A stretch of 64,000 bases of DNA from the IMG/VR virus record IMGVR_UViG_3300017987_005501; one strand, 5' to 3'. The notes beneath the pieces were generated by a model. It worked only from the letters and a program-made list of their open reading frames with translations, was not told the origin of the DNA and made no database searches. The translations under genes and the position numbers were made by a program. This document shows, one piece after another, positions 1 to 9,858 of the stretch. The stretch is from a virus (Duplodnaviria > Caudoviricetes). The stretch's first letter is position 1; each line of letters begins with the position of its first letter.

Positions 1-432
1 TTACAATTTTCTAAGATAGGCATTAGCGCGATCGAGGAAAACTTGCATCTCTTCCCTTAAAAGCTTTCGGGCAACTTCTTCCGGGACGAATCTCTTAATA
101 TCGTTCTCCCAGTCTGGCCAATCAACAATACCGTTTTCAAGGATTTCTCCACTAGTAAGCTTTGCTAAAAATCCCCGTACTTTTTTAGACTTCGATTTAT
201 AGGTAATTGATCCTAGGTCAGCCACTATATTAGCCGTTATCCCTGTTTCCTCATAGGTTTCCCGGATAGCAGCCTCTTGCTCTGTTTCGCCTTCTTCTAT
301 TTTTCCTTTAGGAATATAGTAAGGGCTTTTACGGTGGTAACCTCCAGACGGGTGGACAAGAAGAAATTCTCGGATTCCAAGGTTATTTACTCTAAAAACT
401 AACAAACCCGCACTTACTGGAATCTTTGCCAT
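1..432 (-). CDS. Nudix hydrolase
   Basis: Complete Nudix box PKGKIEEGETEQEAAIRETYEETG; GGAGG RBS upstream. Confidence 0.9.
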   Translation of the reverse strand: MAKIPVSAGLLVFRVNNLGIREFLLVHPSGGYHRKSPYYIPKGKIEEGETEQEAAIRETYEETGITANIVADLGSITYKSKSKKVRGFLAKLTSGEILENGIVDWPDWENDIKRFVPEEVARKLLREEMQVFLDRANAYLRKL

Positions 433-561
433 ATTTTTTCTCCTCCTTTATATTACAAGGGAAGGAGAAGGTCTTCTAGGAGTTTCGCATTTTTTGGAAT
501 AATTCTTTTGTATCATAATATATAGTAATCTGTTGTTCTTTCAAAAAAAGGAAACATAAAA

Positions 562-1071
562 ATGTTCATGAAACTTTATCTCTTCATAAGAAAACATATT
601 ACGAGCCCTCTTTTTTCCTATATTGAAAAAGCCACCCACCCAAGCCTAGTGGAACAAGGGGGCAGGGAATTAAAAGAATTAAAATCAAAATGCACTTCTA
701 TAACAGATTACGTACATTTTATAAATAGGATGAATTTTAAATGGTCGAATGATCCCATTTGGGGTATTCTTGATTATACGAGCTGCCCCGAAATGACCGT
801 TGCGGGGAGGGGTGGAGATTGTGACGATTTTGCGGCCCTTGCTATCGAGGTCTTGAAACCCCATTTTGAAAAATCTTGGCTTCTTTATACCCTAAAAGGA
901 ATTCATAAGGCTCATGTTATGGCCCTATTCTTTAATGGGTTTAGATATCAACTTCTATCTAATGGGGAGAAAATCTTTGAAACAGAAAACGAAGACGAGC
1001 TTTTCGAACGTTGCGCAGAAGCTTATTACGGTACTAGGATACAACATTTTCTTGTGGAGGAAATTAAATGA
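562..1071 (+). CDS. Transglutaminase-like cysteine protease domain protein
   Basis: GGDCDDFA motif followed by HKAHVMALF, the Cys/His arrangement of transglutaminase-like folds. Confidence 0.6.
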   Translation: MFMKLYLFIRKHITSPLFSYIEKATHPSLVEQGGRELKELKSKCTSITDYVHFINRMNFKWSNDPIWGILDYTSCPEMTVAGRGGDCDDFAALAIEVLKPHFEKSWLLYTLKGIHKAHVMALFFNGFRYQLLSNGEKIFETENEDELFERCAEAYYGTRIQHFLVEEIK

Positions 1072-1493
1072 AACTTTTGATAAAGCTTTCAATCGCCCTT
1101 TTAGCTCTATGCCTAACTTCTTGCTCTATTTCCCTTTCGGAAGTTGATCGAGAAAACATGGAAACTTTTGGGAATGAAATTCATACATTAAATGAGAATC
1201 TCGGGGTCGTTAATGACTTGAATACGAATTTAGTCCAACTATCTGGGGATTTATGCCAAATTGGCAATTTAAGAAGCAGCCTGGCGAATTTAAGTATTGT
1301 CTTAAACGAACTAAATGAAAGCACGGACGGCGAAGAAATTGAGGAAAAATTAGCTATTATCGCTAGGGAATTAGAACGTATAACATTATTCCTAGATGAC
1401 AACGAAAGCGATATGCAAGTAACACTACGAGCATTATCTTCGTATTTAGAAGCTGAATTAAATAGGAATGGCTACGAGGACGAGGGAGAATAA
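1068..1493 (+). CDS. Putative lipoprotein, coiled-coil
   Basis: Basic N-terminus, hydrophobic core and lipobox-like LTSC; heptad Leu-rich helices; ATGA overlap with upstream gene. Confidence 0.65.
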   Translation: MKLLIKLSIALLALCLTSCSISLSEVDRENMETFGNEIHTLNENLGVVNDLNTNLVQLSGDLCQIGNLRSSLANLSIVLNELNESTDGEEIEEKLAIIARELERITLFLDDNESDMQVTLRALSSYLEAELNRNGYEDEGE

Positions 1494-1885
1494 TGAAAGT
1501 TTTTTACGCTTCCACAAACCTGGCTTATTTAGAGTTTACTCTTAAAAAATTACCTTTTCCTTTTCAAGTCTGGGTTTGTAATGAATTAGAGACGGCAATT
1601 CAACAAGCAAAGACACAAACTCTTATGCCCCCACCATTTTTAATTGAACAAGCCTTAAAAGAAGGATTTAAAAAAATAGAGCCTTTGATTCTGGAACTAG
1701 ATATCCCGGAAGAAAAATTTCAAAAGATTAGATTAAAAAACACAACGGTTCTTACTTTTTCTAAAGAGAACTTAGAAAAAGTAAAGGAAGAAATAGAGAT
1801 GTTTGAAGTTTTAGGAGAAAACCTAATTAGTTATTGCGTGGGAGTAAAAATCGTTAAAGAATTACCGGAAGATTCGCAAGATTAG
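1493..1885 (+). CDS. Hypothetical protein
   Basis: 130-aa ORF coupled to upstream stop (TAATG) with GGAG RBS. Confidence 0.65.
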   Translation: MKVFYASTNLAYLEFTLKKLPFPFQVWVCNELETAIQQAKTQTLMPPPFLIEQALKEGFKKIEPLILELDIPEEKFQKIRLKNTTVLTFSKENLEKVKEEIEMFEVLGENLISYCVGVKIVKELPEDSQD

Positions 1886-2110
1886 ATATAGAATAATAAG
1901 AGGCCATATAAAGGGAACAAGTGCAACCCTTATCGCATCTGCCGATTTTTTACGCTTCGCGAAAGTGTATTTCATAAATAACAAGATAAAGCAGGCGGCA
2001 ATCCCAAAAACATAAATGGCAAAAAGAGTTTCGGCCCCTCCTACTAATTGCACAATTCCCTGGGCAGCACCAGAAAGAAACTCTAAAACCTTGTTGATTA
2101 TTTGTTCCAT
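1862..2110 (-). CDS. Small membrane protein
   Basis: Two hydrophobic segments separated by basic KRKK. Confidence 0.6.
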   Translation of the reverse strand: MEQIINKVLEFLSGAAQGIVQLVGGAETLFAIYVFGIAACFILLFMKYTFAKRKKSADAIRVALVPFIWPLIILYLILRIFR

Positions 2111-2457
2111 TAGATTAAATCGTCTTCATCAGAGACTTCAGAAGAAAAATAAAGACCATAACTAGTCCCGCGTTTCTTAAAAGACCAAAGTCCTTTGATC
2201 CTTCCTTTATTTATTACGGATTTTTGTAGCATACGAAGGACATCAAATTGGAACATTGGGTAATTTTTATTTGTATTTATGGATCTTAAAATTAATTGAA
2301 TAGAAGAGCTTCCCTTAACCCAATCTATAACTTCTAATTCATCTTCAAAGATAAATCTTCTTCTCCAAATAAGATCTCCTTTATATGTATCTAACACGGA
2401 TACTAGGTTTCCTTGATTATCAAATGGAATTTTTTCATCCCAAAGCGGTTTAGTCAT
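2110..2457 (-). CDS. Phage hypothetical protein
   Basis: YPMF..D and G.W.F.KRG.SYG pattern recalled from phage hypothetical proteins; part of a coupled minus-strand run. Confidence 0.6.
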   Translation of the reverse strand: MTKPLWDEKIPFDNQGNLVSVLDTYKGDLIWRRRFIFEDELEVIDWVKGSSSIQLILRSINTNKNYPMFQFDVLRMLQKSVINKGRIKGLWSFKKRGTSYGLYFSSEVSDEDDLI

Positions 2458-2725
2458 CTTGAAGCCATTCCTTGTCTACTTGAACAGTTCCAGTCCCCTC
2501 ACAAAGATCACACTTGGGATCCTTTCCTTCACACAGAGGACAAACTCCATTTCCCCCATCTCTTAACCTAATAAGCATCGCTAAGGTTTTTATTAACTTA
2601 AGTAACTCTTCCGGCAAATACTTATGTTTTTTTATTGCACGGTCTAAAATTGAGGCACACCCTTCCCGTTCAAGCAAAATAGCCAGTTCAATATCTCTCT
2701 CGGAGTATTGTTTTTCTTCTGTCAT
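2450..2725 (-). CDS. Hypothetical protein with C-terminal CxxCxG zinc-binding repeats
   Basis: CPLCEGKDPKCDLCEGTG; start moved to ATG at 2725 (GGAG RBS). Confidence 0.65.
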   Translation of the reverse strand: MTEEKQYSERDIELAILLEREGCASILDRAIKKHKYLPEELLKLIKTLAMLIRLRDGGNGVCPLCEGKDPKCDLCEGTGTVQVDKEWLQDD

Positions 2726-2750
2726 GGGGGTTTCTCCGCGGGTTATATGT

Positions 2751-3398
2751 TTAAGCCACGCTTGGCTCTTCGAACTTCGTTGTTTGAACTGCTTGCACAA
2801 CTTTAAGAATTGCTTGCTTTAGCTCTTTTGCTCTGTATGAATTAGGCCGGATTTGATCCCAAGGGAATTTCAAAAATTGAAGATTTTTAACGCATCCTGG
2901 CTTAACAAAGTTTTTATTGCTATTGATAAATTCTGCGGCTGCTTCATTCTCCCCTTTAGTTTTTTCTTTCTTCGCATCCCAACCAGACCTTATATCTTTT
3001 CCACCCCGTGCTGCCTCTAATATCCATTCAAAAATTATCTCTTCTGCTGCATGAGCATACCCATGAAAAGCAGCTTTAATTAGCTTTGCATTATTAGCAC
3101 AAAAATGTTTAAGGGCTTGAAGGGTATTTTCCGTCCCCTGTAAAGACCTTAAATTCAATTTTTCTTGAACAAATTTAAGCGACCGAAGATCCTCTTCACT
3201 TAAACTTTTAGAAAAAGTATCTAACTTATATTGAGATAAGATGTTTGCTAATGAAACTAGTAAATCAGGTAAACCTGATTCTAAAAGAGGGAGTAAATGA
3301 TAAAATTGTTTAACTTCTTCCGGGGATGAGACGGAGAATAGTTTCCCTTTCTTTAACTTTTGAGCGATCCTTTTTAATTGTATTGCAAATTTATTCAT
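2751..3398 (-). CDS. Hypothetical protein with shared N-terminal motif
   Basis: Start at 3398 (GAGG RBS) gives MNKFAIQLKRIAQKL. Confidence 0.7.
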   Translation of the reverse strand: MNKFAIQLKRIAQKLKKGKLFSVSSPEEVKQFYHLLPLLESGLPDLLVSLANILSQYKLDTFSKSLSEEDLRSLKFVQEKLNLRSLQGTENTLQALKHFCANNAKLIKAAFHGYAHAAEEIIFEWILEAARGGKDIRSGWDAKKEKTKGENEAAAEFINSNKNFVKPGCVKNLQFLKFPWDQIRPNSYRAKELKQAILKVVQAVQTTKFEEPSVA

Positions 3399-3539
3399 AA
3401 TATAACCTCGGAAATCTCCCTTTTTATAATTACAGGACATTAATAGATTATTTTTGGAAAAAATAGAACGGTTACACTTATAATCTATTACTTTTTAATT
3501 TAATTTGGTAACCGTTACTCTTTTCAGAAGGAGGTTTGA

Positions 3540-4457
3540 ATGAGAGTATCCCACCTTATTACTTTGCTTTCCGTGGTTTTTGTTTTAATGTTTATTCCAA
3601 TTGGCTATACTCAAACGAATTCCACAGTTCCCCCTGTTTCAACTGAAGAAGTTGAAATTATCGACGGGTGCGATACATTGGTAGAAAACTGTATACTCCC
3701 CTCAGTAAAGGTTGTGACCAATCGTGGCAGAGGCAGTGGCACGATTATTAACGAACGTTATATTTTAACTGCCTGCCATGTTGTTAAGGACGCGACAGAG
3801 ATTAGTATTTTGCTCCAACCAAGCATGGAAGAAATTCCTTGTGAAATTGTAATCATGGGCGATCTTGCCGACCTCGATTACGCTATCCTTAAAGTTAAGG
3901 AAGAGGAAGAAGAGGCTCTTAGAGGAGTACTTCTTCCAGAAGTGGGCGAAAATGACGAAGAGGAAGAATTTCTTTTTGAAAACTCTGCGAATGTGATTTC
4001 CACCGAAGACTTTGAAAATCTAAAAACAGGCGATGACCTGTTTGCCGTTGGTTACCCACTCGGTGGCGAATTACATATCACAAAAGGAGTTCTTTGCTCT
4101 GCAAGTAATGGCTTCTATTCCACTAGCGCCTGTGTTATCTATGGAAATTCCGGAGGAGGAATTTACACTTCAGATAATAGGCTATTTGGAGTTGTTGTCA
4201 GAATCGCAGTTAGTGGATTTACTCCGATATCTCACGTAAGCTTTGTTGTCCCGATGAGCAATGTCCGTGCGGACATCCATGAAAACGGGATGGACTTCAT
4301 CTGGGAAGGGGAACTTCCCCCAGAACCAGAAGAAGGAGAAGAAGGACCTGAGGAAGGGCAAGAAGAAGCCGGACCTGAGGAAGAAGCAACCTTTCTCCAA
4401 ATTGGGTCTTATAACACAATCTTATTGGATGATATGTACGAGCTTAGGCGAGACTAA
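3540..4457 (+). CDS. Exported trypsin-like serine protease with acidic linkers
   Basis: Signal peptide; catalytic triad LTACHVV / DYAIL / GNSGGG; GGAGG RBS. Confidence 0.9.
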   Translation: MRVSHLITLLSVVFVLMFIPIGYTQTNSTVPPVSTEEVEIIDGCDTLVENCILPSVKVVTNRGRGSGTIINERYILTACHVVKDATEISILLQPSMEEIPCEIVIMGDLADLDYAILKVKEEEEEALRGVLLPEVGENDEEEEFLFENSANVISTEDFENLKTGDDLFAVGYPLGGELHITKGVLCSASNGFYSTSACVIYGNSGGGIYTSDNRLFGVVVRIAVSGFTPISHVSFVVPMSNVRADIHENGMDFIWEGELPPEPEEGEEGPEEGQEEAGPEEEATFLQIGSYNTILLDDMYELRRD

Positions 4458-4474
4458 AACAATAAGAGACTAAG

Positions 4475-4506
4475 AAAAAAACCAAGGCTTAATGTCTTGG
4501 TTTTTT
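4475..4506 (+). terminator. Intrinsic terminator
   Basis: accaaggc-ttaat-gtcttggt stem-loop flanked by A and T tracts. Confidence 0.75.
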
Positions 4507-4578
4507 CTTTTTATCTCAGATAAAGTATTAATAATTCTATTTTGAATAATCCGCATTTATAAATGAAGAGGGTGTTAA

Positions 4579-5541
4579 ATGAAAATCCAACCAACTCGGA
4601 GATCGCGAAATCGGCAAAATTCCGCCCTAAATAGGCGACGTCCCCAAATAGTAGAATTAAGCTTTAGTGGAGGTTACCCAGAGGGGCAGACGGAATTTAA
4701 GGCTGGCGATAAAGTTAGACTTGTTGGAAGGACAGATAAGCCTTGTAATAAAATTAAGGTTTTAGATTATGGCGCTTGTACAGAGAAGATTTTTAAGTTT
4801 TCATATTCAAAAGAATTCTCTATTCTAGCCACTGTAGCAAATAGGGGAACCACCCCCCAACTCCTGTCCGCAAGAGCACAAGCAAGTGATACAGAAGGAG
4901 AATTCGGGAAAACAAGGGATTCAAACTTAAGCGGGAGCGCAATTGATGGGCAAAACCTTATTAATTGCAACAACGCACGTCCTTTGGTTCAAATTGGACA
5001 AATTAAATACCCACAAGGAGAGGGGCTAAAAAACACACAAGCCGCCCTTATAAATATTGTGGCCCGAGATTTTGAAAGTATCCAATTCGAAAGCCCTAAT
5101 AACCAGCTAGAAATTGAAAACCCAACGGAATTTGAGGCCAAGAAAAGCGCAACAAGGATTGCTGGCAGATATAACGCAAGGGATGCGAACTTTAAGGTAG
5201 TAGCTACCCGAGTAGCAAATAATACCCGAGCAGAAGCTACGGCTGTGGTAAAAATCGCGCATATCCCAGCCACGTTATCTATTAGCCCAGGATCCTTGGC
5301 AATTGGGGATAACTTAATTACAATCTCAAGTAATCAACAGCTTGTTAGTATTGGGTCCCTTGATCCAGGGGTTGGGGAATGGGTTGATAGTTGGTCAGGA
5401 GGACCTGTTAGGTTCACAAGGACTTTAAGAATTCCAGAGGGGACCCCCACTGGAACCTATTCTTGGGAGAACCTAGTAGCTTGGAATTTAGCTAGAGTTC
5501 AAACAACAGAATTTTCTAACTTAAATACCTTCACCGTTTAA
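4579..5541 (+). CDS. Beta-rich hypothetical protein, possibly virion-associated with Ig-like domains
   Basis: 320-aa ORF; Arg-rich N-terminus; beta-strand patterns with W..G and GTY.W. Confidence 0.6.
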   Translation: MKIQPTRRSRNRQNSALNRRRPQIVELSFSGGYPEGQTEFKAGDKVRLVGRTDKPCNKIKVLDYGACTEKIFKFSYSKEFSILATVANRGTTPQLLSARAQASDTEGEFGKTRDSNLSGSAIDGQNLINCNNARPLVQIGQIKYPQGEGLKNTQAALINIVARDFESIQFESPNNQLEIENPTEFEAKKSATRIAGRYNARDANFKVVATRVANNTRAEATAVVKIAHIPATLSISPGSLAIGDNLITISSNQQLVSIGSLDPGVGEWVDSWSGGPVRFTRTLRIPEGTPTGTYSWENLVAWNLARVQTTEFSNLNTFTV

Positions 5542-5552
5542 AATGGCATTCA

Positions 5553-5588
5553 GGGAGTTAAGGGAAAACACCAAAACCCTTAACTCCC
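5553..5588. terminator. Hairpin between convergent genes
   Basis: Perfect 12-bp stem gggagttaaggg / cccttaactccc with 12-nt loop. Confidence 0.65.
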
Positions 5589-5610
5589 CGAACTTTGAAA
5601 AGTGCCTTTT

Positions 5611-5961
5611 TTAGAGGCTTAGGGCCTTATTGAGCCCCAACTTACACGCACACGCATTATAGGCATCAACAGCATCCGTATAACGCTGGTAATACCCAAG
5701 ATCTTTCTTAACCCCACTATGACAAATCCGTGCGCGCCACTTACCATAGCGGTAACTAATCCCGGTATGGGGAGTCTGAACTGCACCTTGCTTACGTGGG
5801 GGCTCCTCCTGCAACTCTGTCCGGAAGAAACGATTCCGAGCTTTAACAGCTTTCTTTAAGTCTTGGTAATACCCAACATGGGTCTGATTAACGTATACAC
5901 GCCACTTACCCATTGGCTCGTTCCAATAAATTCCAAGATAACCACTTTTCGGCCACTTCAT
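5611..5961 (-). CDS. Tandem AP2-like DNA-binding domain protein
   Basis: Two AP2-type repeats (SGYLGIYWNEPMGKWRVYV..VGYY...AVKARN; TGISYRYGKWRARI..LGYY...AVDAYN); start at 5961 with AAGGAG RBS. Confidence 0.75.
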   Translation of the reverse strand: MKWPKSGYLGIYWNEPMGKWRVYVNQTHVGYYQDLKKAVKARNRFFRTELQEEPPRKQGAVQTPHTGISYRYGKWRARICHSGVKKDLGYYQRYTDAVDAYNACACKLGLNKALSL

Positions 5962-5975
5962 AATTAATCTCCTTT

Positions 5976-6317
5976 TCAAATAAATTTCTCGCAACTTGTT
6001 TGGTCGTTGACCCGCCTCTCCATTAAGCAATGTGTTTTATTGCCTACTTTTTCTAAAAGCATCACCTCCCATCTTTCGGTTGCGCTTTTATTTAGCCTAT
6101 TGGTTACAACGTCATCCGAAGGGAGGGTCAACGACCAGTACTTATATTCTACCCCTTTATACGAATCCCCAAAATCTCTTTCTAAGAGGTAATAAATTTT
6201 TTCAGCGATTTTCTCAAAACTCTTAACCTTCCATCCAATCCCCGCAAAATAATTCAGCCTGTCCGTAAATCCAAGATCAAGCGGACGCCCATAAGATTGA
6301 TATAAATATTCTTTCAT
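5976..6317 (-). CDS. Hypothetical protein with two DUF4177-like repeats
   Basis: Two ~50-aa units EY.Y...RLN....GW.V.....LLER. Confidence 0.6.
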   Translation of the reverse strand: MKEYLYQSYGRPLDLGFTDRLNYFAGIGWKVKSFEKIAEKIYYLLERDFGDSYKGVEYKYWSLTLPSDDVVTNRLNKSATERWEVMLLEKVGNKTHCLMERRVNDQTSCEKFI

Positions 6318-6401
6318 TTCCTTTCTCCTTATCTTTCATTATACAGAAATAATCTAGTAATTTCATAGGATAGTTAAGGGAATTTATGGAGATAAATAAG
6401 G

Positions 6402-6740
6402 ATGGGGAAAAAGTACGCAAAAAAACTAAAAAAAATAGCACGGGCACTTAAAAGCTTCCAATCCCCGGACTGGGAAAGGATTCCCGAAAAGGTAGAAGCT
6501 AAGATTTTAGAAGTGAAAAAGATGCCTGGGAAAGAGCTGCTTACAATTATAACAGATCTCGGGAAAGTTACTATATCCGGCAAATATAAGGATTTAGTAA
6601 ACAAGGGAAAAGAAGTTTACCTCCTCCCCGCAAAAGGAATCTTAAGGATTAACCAACACGAGATACCGACTCTAAAAATTCCACAACTAAAAGAGATCGG
6701 AGAAATGTTACCAGGAGAAGGATTTAGGCCCGAGGGTTAA
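6402..6740 (+). CDS. Hypothetical protein with shared N-terminal motif
   Basis: Begins MGKKYAKKLKKIARAL. Confidence 0.7.
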   Translation: MGKKYAKKLKKIARALKSFQSPDWERIPEKVEAKILEVKKMPGKELLTIITDLGKVTISGKYKDLVNKGKEVYLLPAKGILRINQHEIPTLKIPQLKEIGEMLPGEGFRPEG

Positions 6741-6741
6741 A

Positions 6742-7710
6742 ATGTTAAATAGATCAATTATAAATTGGTTAGAAATTAATGTAAAAGAGCCTGAAGAATA
6801 TGGGTACTTTTTCCCCGCCGCGCTAGTTGCCCTATTTCCGAAACTTTCATTAATGAAAGGAATCTACCTAACCCCGGATGGAAAAAGAAACTGCCATTAT
6901 TGGGCAGAGGAAAAAAACACAATTTATAGTGCGGGAAAAGTTTATGGCGATAGGTATATACAAATTAAACCAGTGGGTTGTGATTTAATACAAATTATCT
7001 CCGACCCTAATTTTAGTCTATTGCCCTTAGAAGACCAGTACCGTATTGTTATGAAATGGAATACAGAGTGTGAGAACTCTTACAAAGTTATTGGGACAAA
7101 TGTTTACGCAAAGAAAAAATTGGAAGCGGCAAAAACAATTAGTCCCGTTTTTTTAGGCAATAGCCCAATAAATTATTTAGGTATTTATATAGAACATTCC
7201 GATTTTCCTAATGTTACTTGGCGACAAGTTGGAAATGTTTTTACTTTTGAAACACTAAGGAATATAGATCTGAAAGAAAAGCTAACAATAAACCATAGAA
7301 CGTTTCCCAAAGGATTTACAGAAATGAAACTTTCAAGCAAACTTACGAAGATAGCTAAAGAGTTAGAAAAAGCAGCAGGAATTTTTCCGAGAAAAGTTAC
7401 CTTTCATATAGAGGGGATTGAAAAAGGAGAAGGATTCCCCACACGTGTAAGAATAAATTTAACAGAAAAGGATTCGGGTATTAAGTATTTCTGGGATATT
7501 ATGCGGGGACAAAAATGGTTCTTTGAGAATAATAATATTTTTAACGTAGATGCAAGAAAAACCAGAGAGGGCTATCTACCAATCTTAAGGGACCCAGAAG
7601 CTGGTGGTACCTATCAAGTAGCGCAGCTTTACCAGGGGGAAGCAGAGGATAGGGATAAAAATACCCACAATAGCCCCATAGTAGCAACAACCCAAATTAT
7701 TAAGGCCTAA
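6742..7710 (+). CDS. Hypothetical protein with degenerate SET-like domain and possible internal start at 7324
   Basis: IGTNVYAKKKL...LGIYIEHSDFPNV...TLRNIDLKEKLTINH resembles a minimal SET domain; AAGGA + ATG at 7324 gives MKLSSKLTKIAKEL. Confidence 0.6.
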   Translation: MLNRSIINWLEINVKEPEEYGYFFPAALVALFPKLSLMKGIYLTPDGKRNCHYWAEEKNTIYSAGKVYGDRYIQIKPVGCDLIQIISDPNFSLLPLEDQYRIVMKWNTECENSYKVIGTNVYAKKKLEAAKTISPVFLGNSPINYLGIYIEHSDFPNVTWRQVGNVFTFETLRNIDLKEKLTINHRTFPKGFTEMKLSSKLTKIAKELEKAAGIFPRKVTFHIEGIEKGEGFPTRVRINLTEKDSGIKYFWDIMRGQKWFFENNNIFNVDARKTREGYLPILRDPEAGGTYQVAQLYQGEAEDRDKNTHNSPIVATTQIIKA

Positions 7711-7722
7711 CAAGGAGAAGAA

Positions 7723-7986
7723 ATGAAAAATAATAACCTAATTAACTCTTTCAGAAAATTAACGGCATCGCAACAATTAATTAATAAATTTAAAAAAGCG
7801 GCAGCAGAAATTGGGGAAGGAGAAGGTTTTAAGCCAGCTATTTATAATGCCCTAAAAGAAGCAGTAGAAAAAGGCTTATCCTTCCAAGATGCAAAAGAAT
7901 TCGTAGAATCTAAGGTAGGCGGGCTTGTTCTTGGGGAAGCAGATTACAAACAGATGTGCGATGAGCTAGGGAAAAAACCTTGCTAA
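7723..7986 (+). CDS. Hypothetical protein
   Basis: AAGGAG RBS; 87 aa; helical N-terminus ending KKAAA. Confidence 0.7.
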   Translation: MKNNNLINSFRKLTASQQLINKFKKAAAEIGEGEGFKPAIYNALKEAVEKGLSFQDAKEFVESKVGGLVLGEADYKQMCDELGKKPC

Positions 7987-7997
7987 AACATACAATG

Positions 7998-8023
7998 AAA
8001 AAAGGAGGGCAACCCTCCTTTTT
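7998..8023. terminator. Bidirectional intrinsic terminator
   Basis: aaaaaaggaggg-caa-ccctccttttt between convergent genes. Confidence 0.85.
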
Positions 8024-8040
8024 CCTTTTTAAATCACTTT

Positions 8041-8334
8041 TTAGGGAAGTTGATTAAAATCTGTTGCGTTAGGCATTGCGTCGAGTTCTAAAGTTGTTTC
8101 CTCTATCTTATTAGAAGTTTCTTTGCAGGAGCATTTTTGGTCAACTAACTTCTCAATTAGCTCTGCATCTAGGATTACCTTAATTTCTGGGCGGAAGAAA
8201 TTAGTGAAAAACTTGAAGGCAGCAACCAAAACATCTTTCGCGAGCTGAATAGCAGTTAAAACGATGATTGAGCTAAAAACTACAACTAGTATCTGAATAA
8301 CAACGTCCATCGCCATAAAATTAGTTAAATCCAT
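8041..8334 (-). CDS. Small single-pass membrane protein
   Basis: N-terminal hydrophobic helix; AAGGA RBS. Confidence 0.65.
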   Translation of the reverse strand: MDLTNFMAMDVVIQILVVVFSSIIVLTAIQLAKDVLVAAFKFFTNFFRPEIKVILDAELIEKLVDQKCSCKETSNKIEETTLELDAMPNATDFNQLP

Positions 8335-8369
8335 TTTCTTTTCCTTTCGTGTGTAAAATAACGAACCTT

Positions 8370-9713
8370 TTAATCCTCAGATATATAACAAGAATATTTC
8401 TCGGTATAAGCCATTCGGTCACGAGAAACTGCAGCACAGGACACGCTTAATAGATTATCAATTCCTAAAGTGATATCATATCTTCCGGCCTCTAACCCAG
8501 GAGGAATTCTAAACTTCCCTGATAGTTCAAAAGTTTCCCCTTCTTCAAGATATTGCGTCTCTTCGTTCCTATATCGAATTTGCCCGAACCAAAAACCGTC
8601 ATCCCTTCGGCTCCGAATTAAATACCATCCATGAAGAAAACTTAATAATTCTAAATCTGTGTTCACTCTATTTTCAATGTTTAATGTGAATTCTACCTCT
8701 TCCCCAACAACCATGTCGTTAAAATCTGCTTCAATTAAAACCTTTCCGTATGCTTCTTCCCTTGGGAAACAAATCATTGTTTTAAGCTCATAATACGTAG
8801 CATCTAGGAAAGGGGTAGAAAAAGACCTTGTTCCATAATAAAGTCCTCTTAGTGGAGGAGAAAAATTAATGGTTACCTGAAAAAGCCAAATCCCAGGATC
8901 CTTAAAAGCAGCTTTTTCTATAAAATGAGTCCAAGTTTCATTCGCCCTATAATAACGATATTGATGTATATTAGAGATTTCTGACGGAATTCTACTATAC
9001 GGACTTCTTCTCCTAACCGGAAAACCAAAAAGCTCTGGGATATATACTCTTGGTTCCGGGTCGCTGAACTTCTGATAATACTGTATATAATTTACTGAGG
9101 AGCTGTGATGCTCGGTTGCCCAGAAACCCCCATTCTCAGAAACGGTAGTATTTAACTCAATTAAGCATGGAACATTGCGAAGCCGAGAGGTATGCTCTGT
9201 TATTTCGGGAAAATCGAAAATAAGTTCAAATTCTCCTTCAATTGGCCGATGAATAACTTCTTGAATTTGGTCATTTATGTTTGGGATATTTACTAAAGCA
9301 CTAAGGGCCGAAAGTCTTACTAGAGAGTTCTGGTCTAAAAGCTTTGGTAATTCCCTTTCTAAGGTTTCCCTACAATTTAAAGGAATCCACCCTAAAGGAA
9401 CTAAAGCAGCTTGCAAACGCCAACGCTGTTCTAATTTTAAACTATAATATTGGGATTCCAAAAAAGGAATATCATCTTCTGTAACATATTCGGATAGTTC
9501 CTCCGTAGCTATATCTCGCTCTTCCTGAGTATCTGCATTCAGCTTTTTTAATAAATCAATTAGGTATAACCTTCTTAGCCTTTCGGGGGAAATTTCTTCC
9601 TCCTGTTGTTCTGCTACATTACATGGGGGGTCTTTTTGAAAGCTTTTCAATAGAGTTAAGTAAGAAAGGAAAAGGCAAACTATAAAGATAATAAAGAGTT
9701 GTAAAGGTTTCAT
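8370..9713 (-). CDS. Membrane-anchored protein with HEAT-like repeats and C-terminal Ig-like domain
   Basis: N-terminal TM; LIDLLKKLNADTQEERDIATEEL and VRLSALSAL HEAT-like helices; C-terminal beta sandwich with GRYDITLG. Confidence 0.65.
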   Translation of the reverse strand: MKPLQLFIIFIVCLFLSYLTLLKSFQKDPPCNVAEQQEEEISPERLRRLYLIDLLKKLNADTQEERDIATEELSEYVTEDDIPFLESQYYSLKLEQRWRLQAALVPLGWIPLNCRETLERELPKLLDQNSLVRLSALSALVNIPNINDQIQEVIHRPIEGEFELIFDFPEITEHTSRLRNVPCLIELNTTVSENGGFWATEHHSSSVNYIQYYQKFSDPEPRVYIPELFGFPVRRRSPYSRIPSEISNIHQYRYYRANETWTHFIEKAAFKDPGIWLFQVTINFSPPLRGLYYGTRSFSTPFLDATYYELKTMICFPREEAYGKVLIEADFNDMVVGEEVEFTLNIENRVNTDLELLSFLHGWYLIRSRRDDGFWFGQIRYRNEETQYLEEGETFELSGKFRIPPGLEAGRYDITLGIDNLLSVSCAAVSRDRMAYTEKYSCYISED

Positions 9714-9749
9714 CTTTCAAACGCTCCTTTTCTTTATAATACAAAAGGA

Positions 9750-9772
9750 AAGCCCCGGGTCCTCCGGGGCTT
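9750..9772 (-). terminator. Intrinsic terminator
   Basis: aagccccgg-gtcct-ccggggctt stem-loop downstream of the minus-strand Ig gene. Confidence 0.6.
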
Positions 9773-9858
9773 GTTGTTTTCATCCTTTTTTATGGTACCT
9801 ATTGTAGGTGAATCTGAGGTTTGTTAGTCCCGCCATCCAGGCGGACTCTTTCGGTGCC

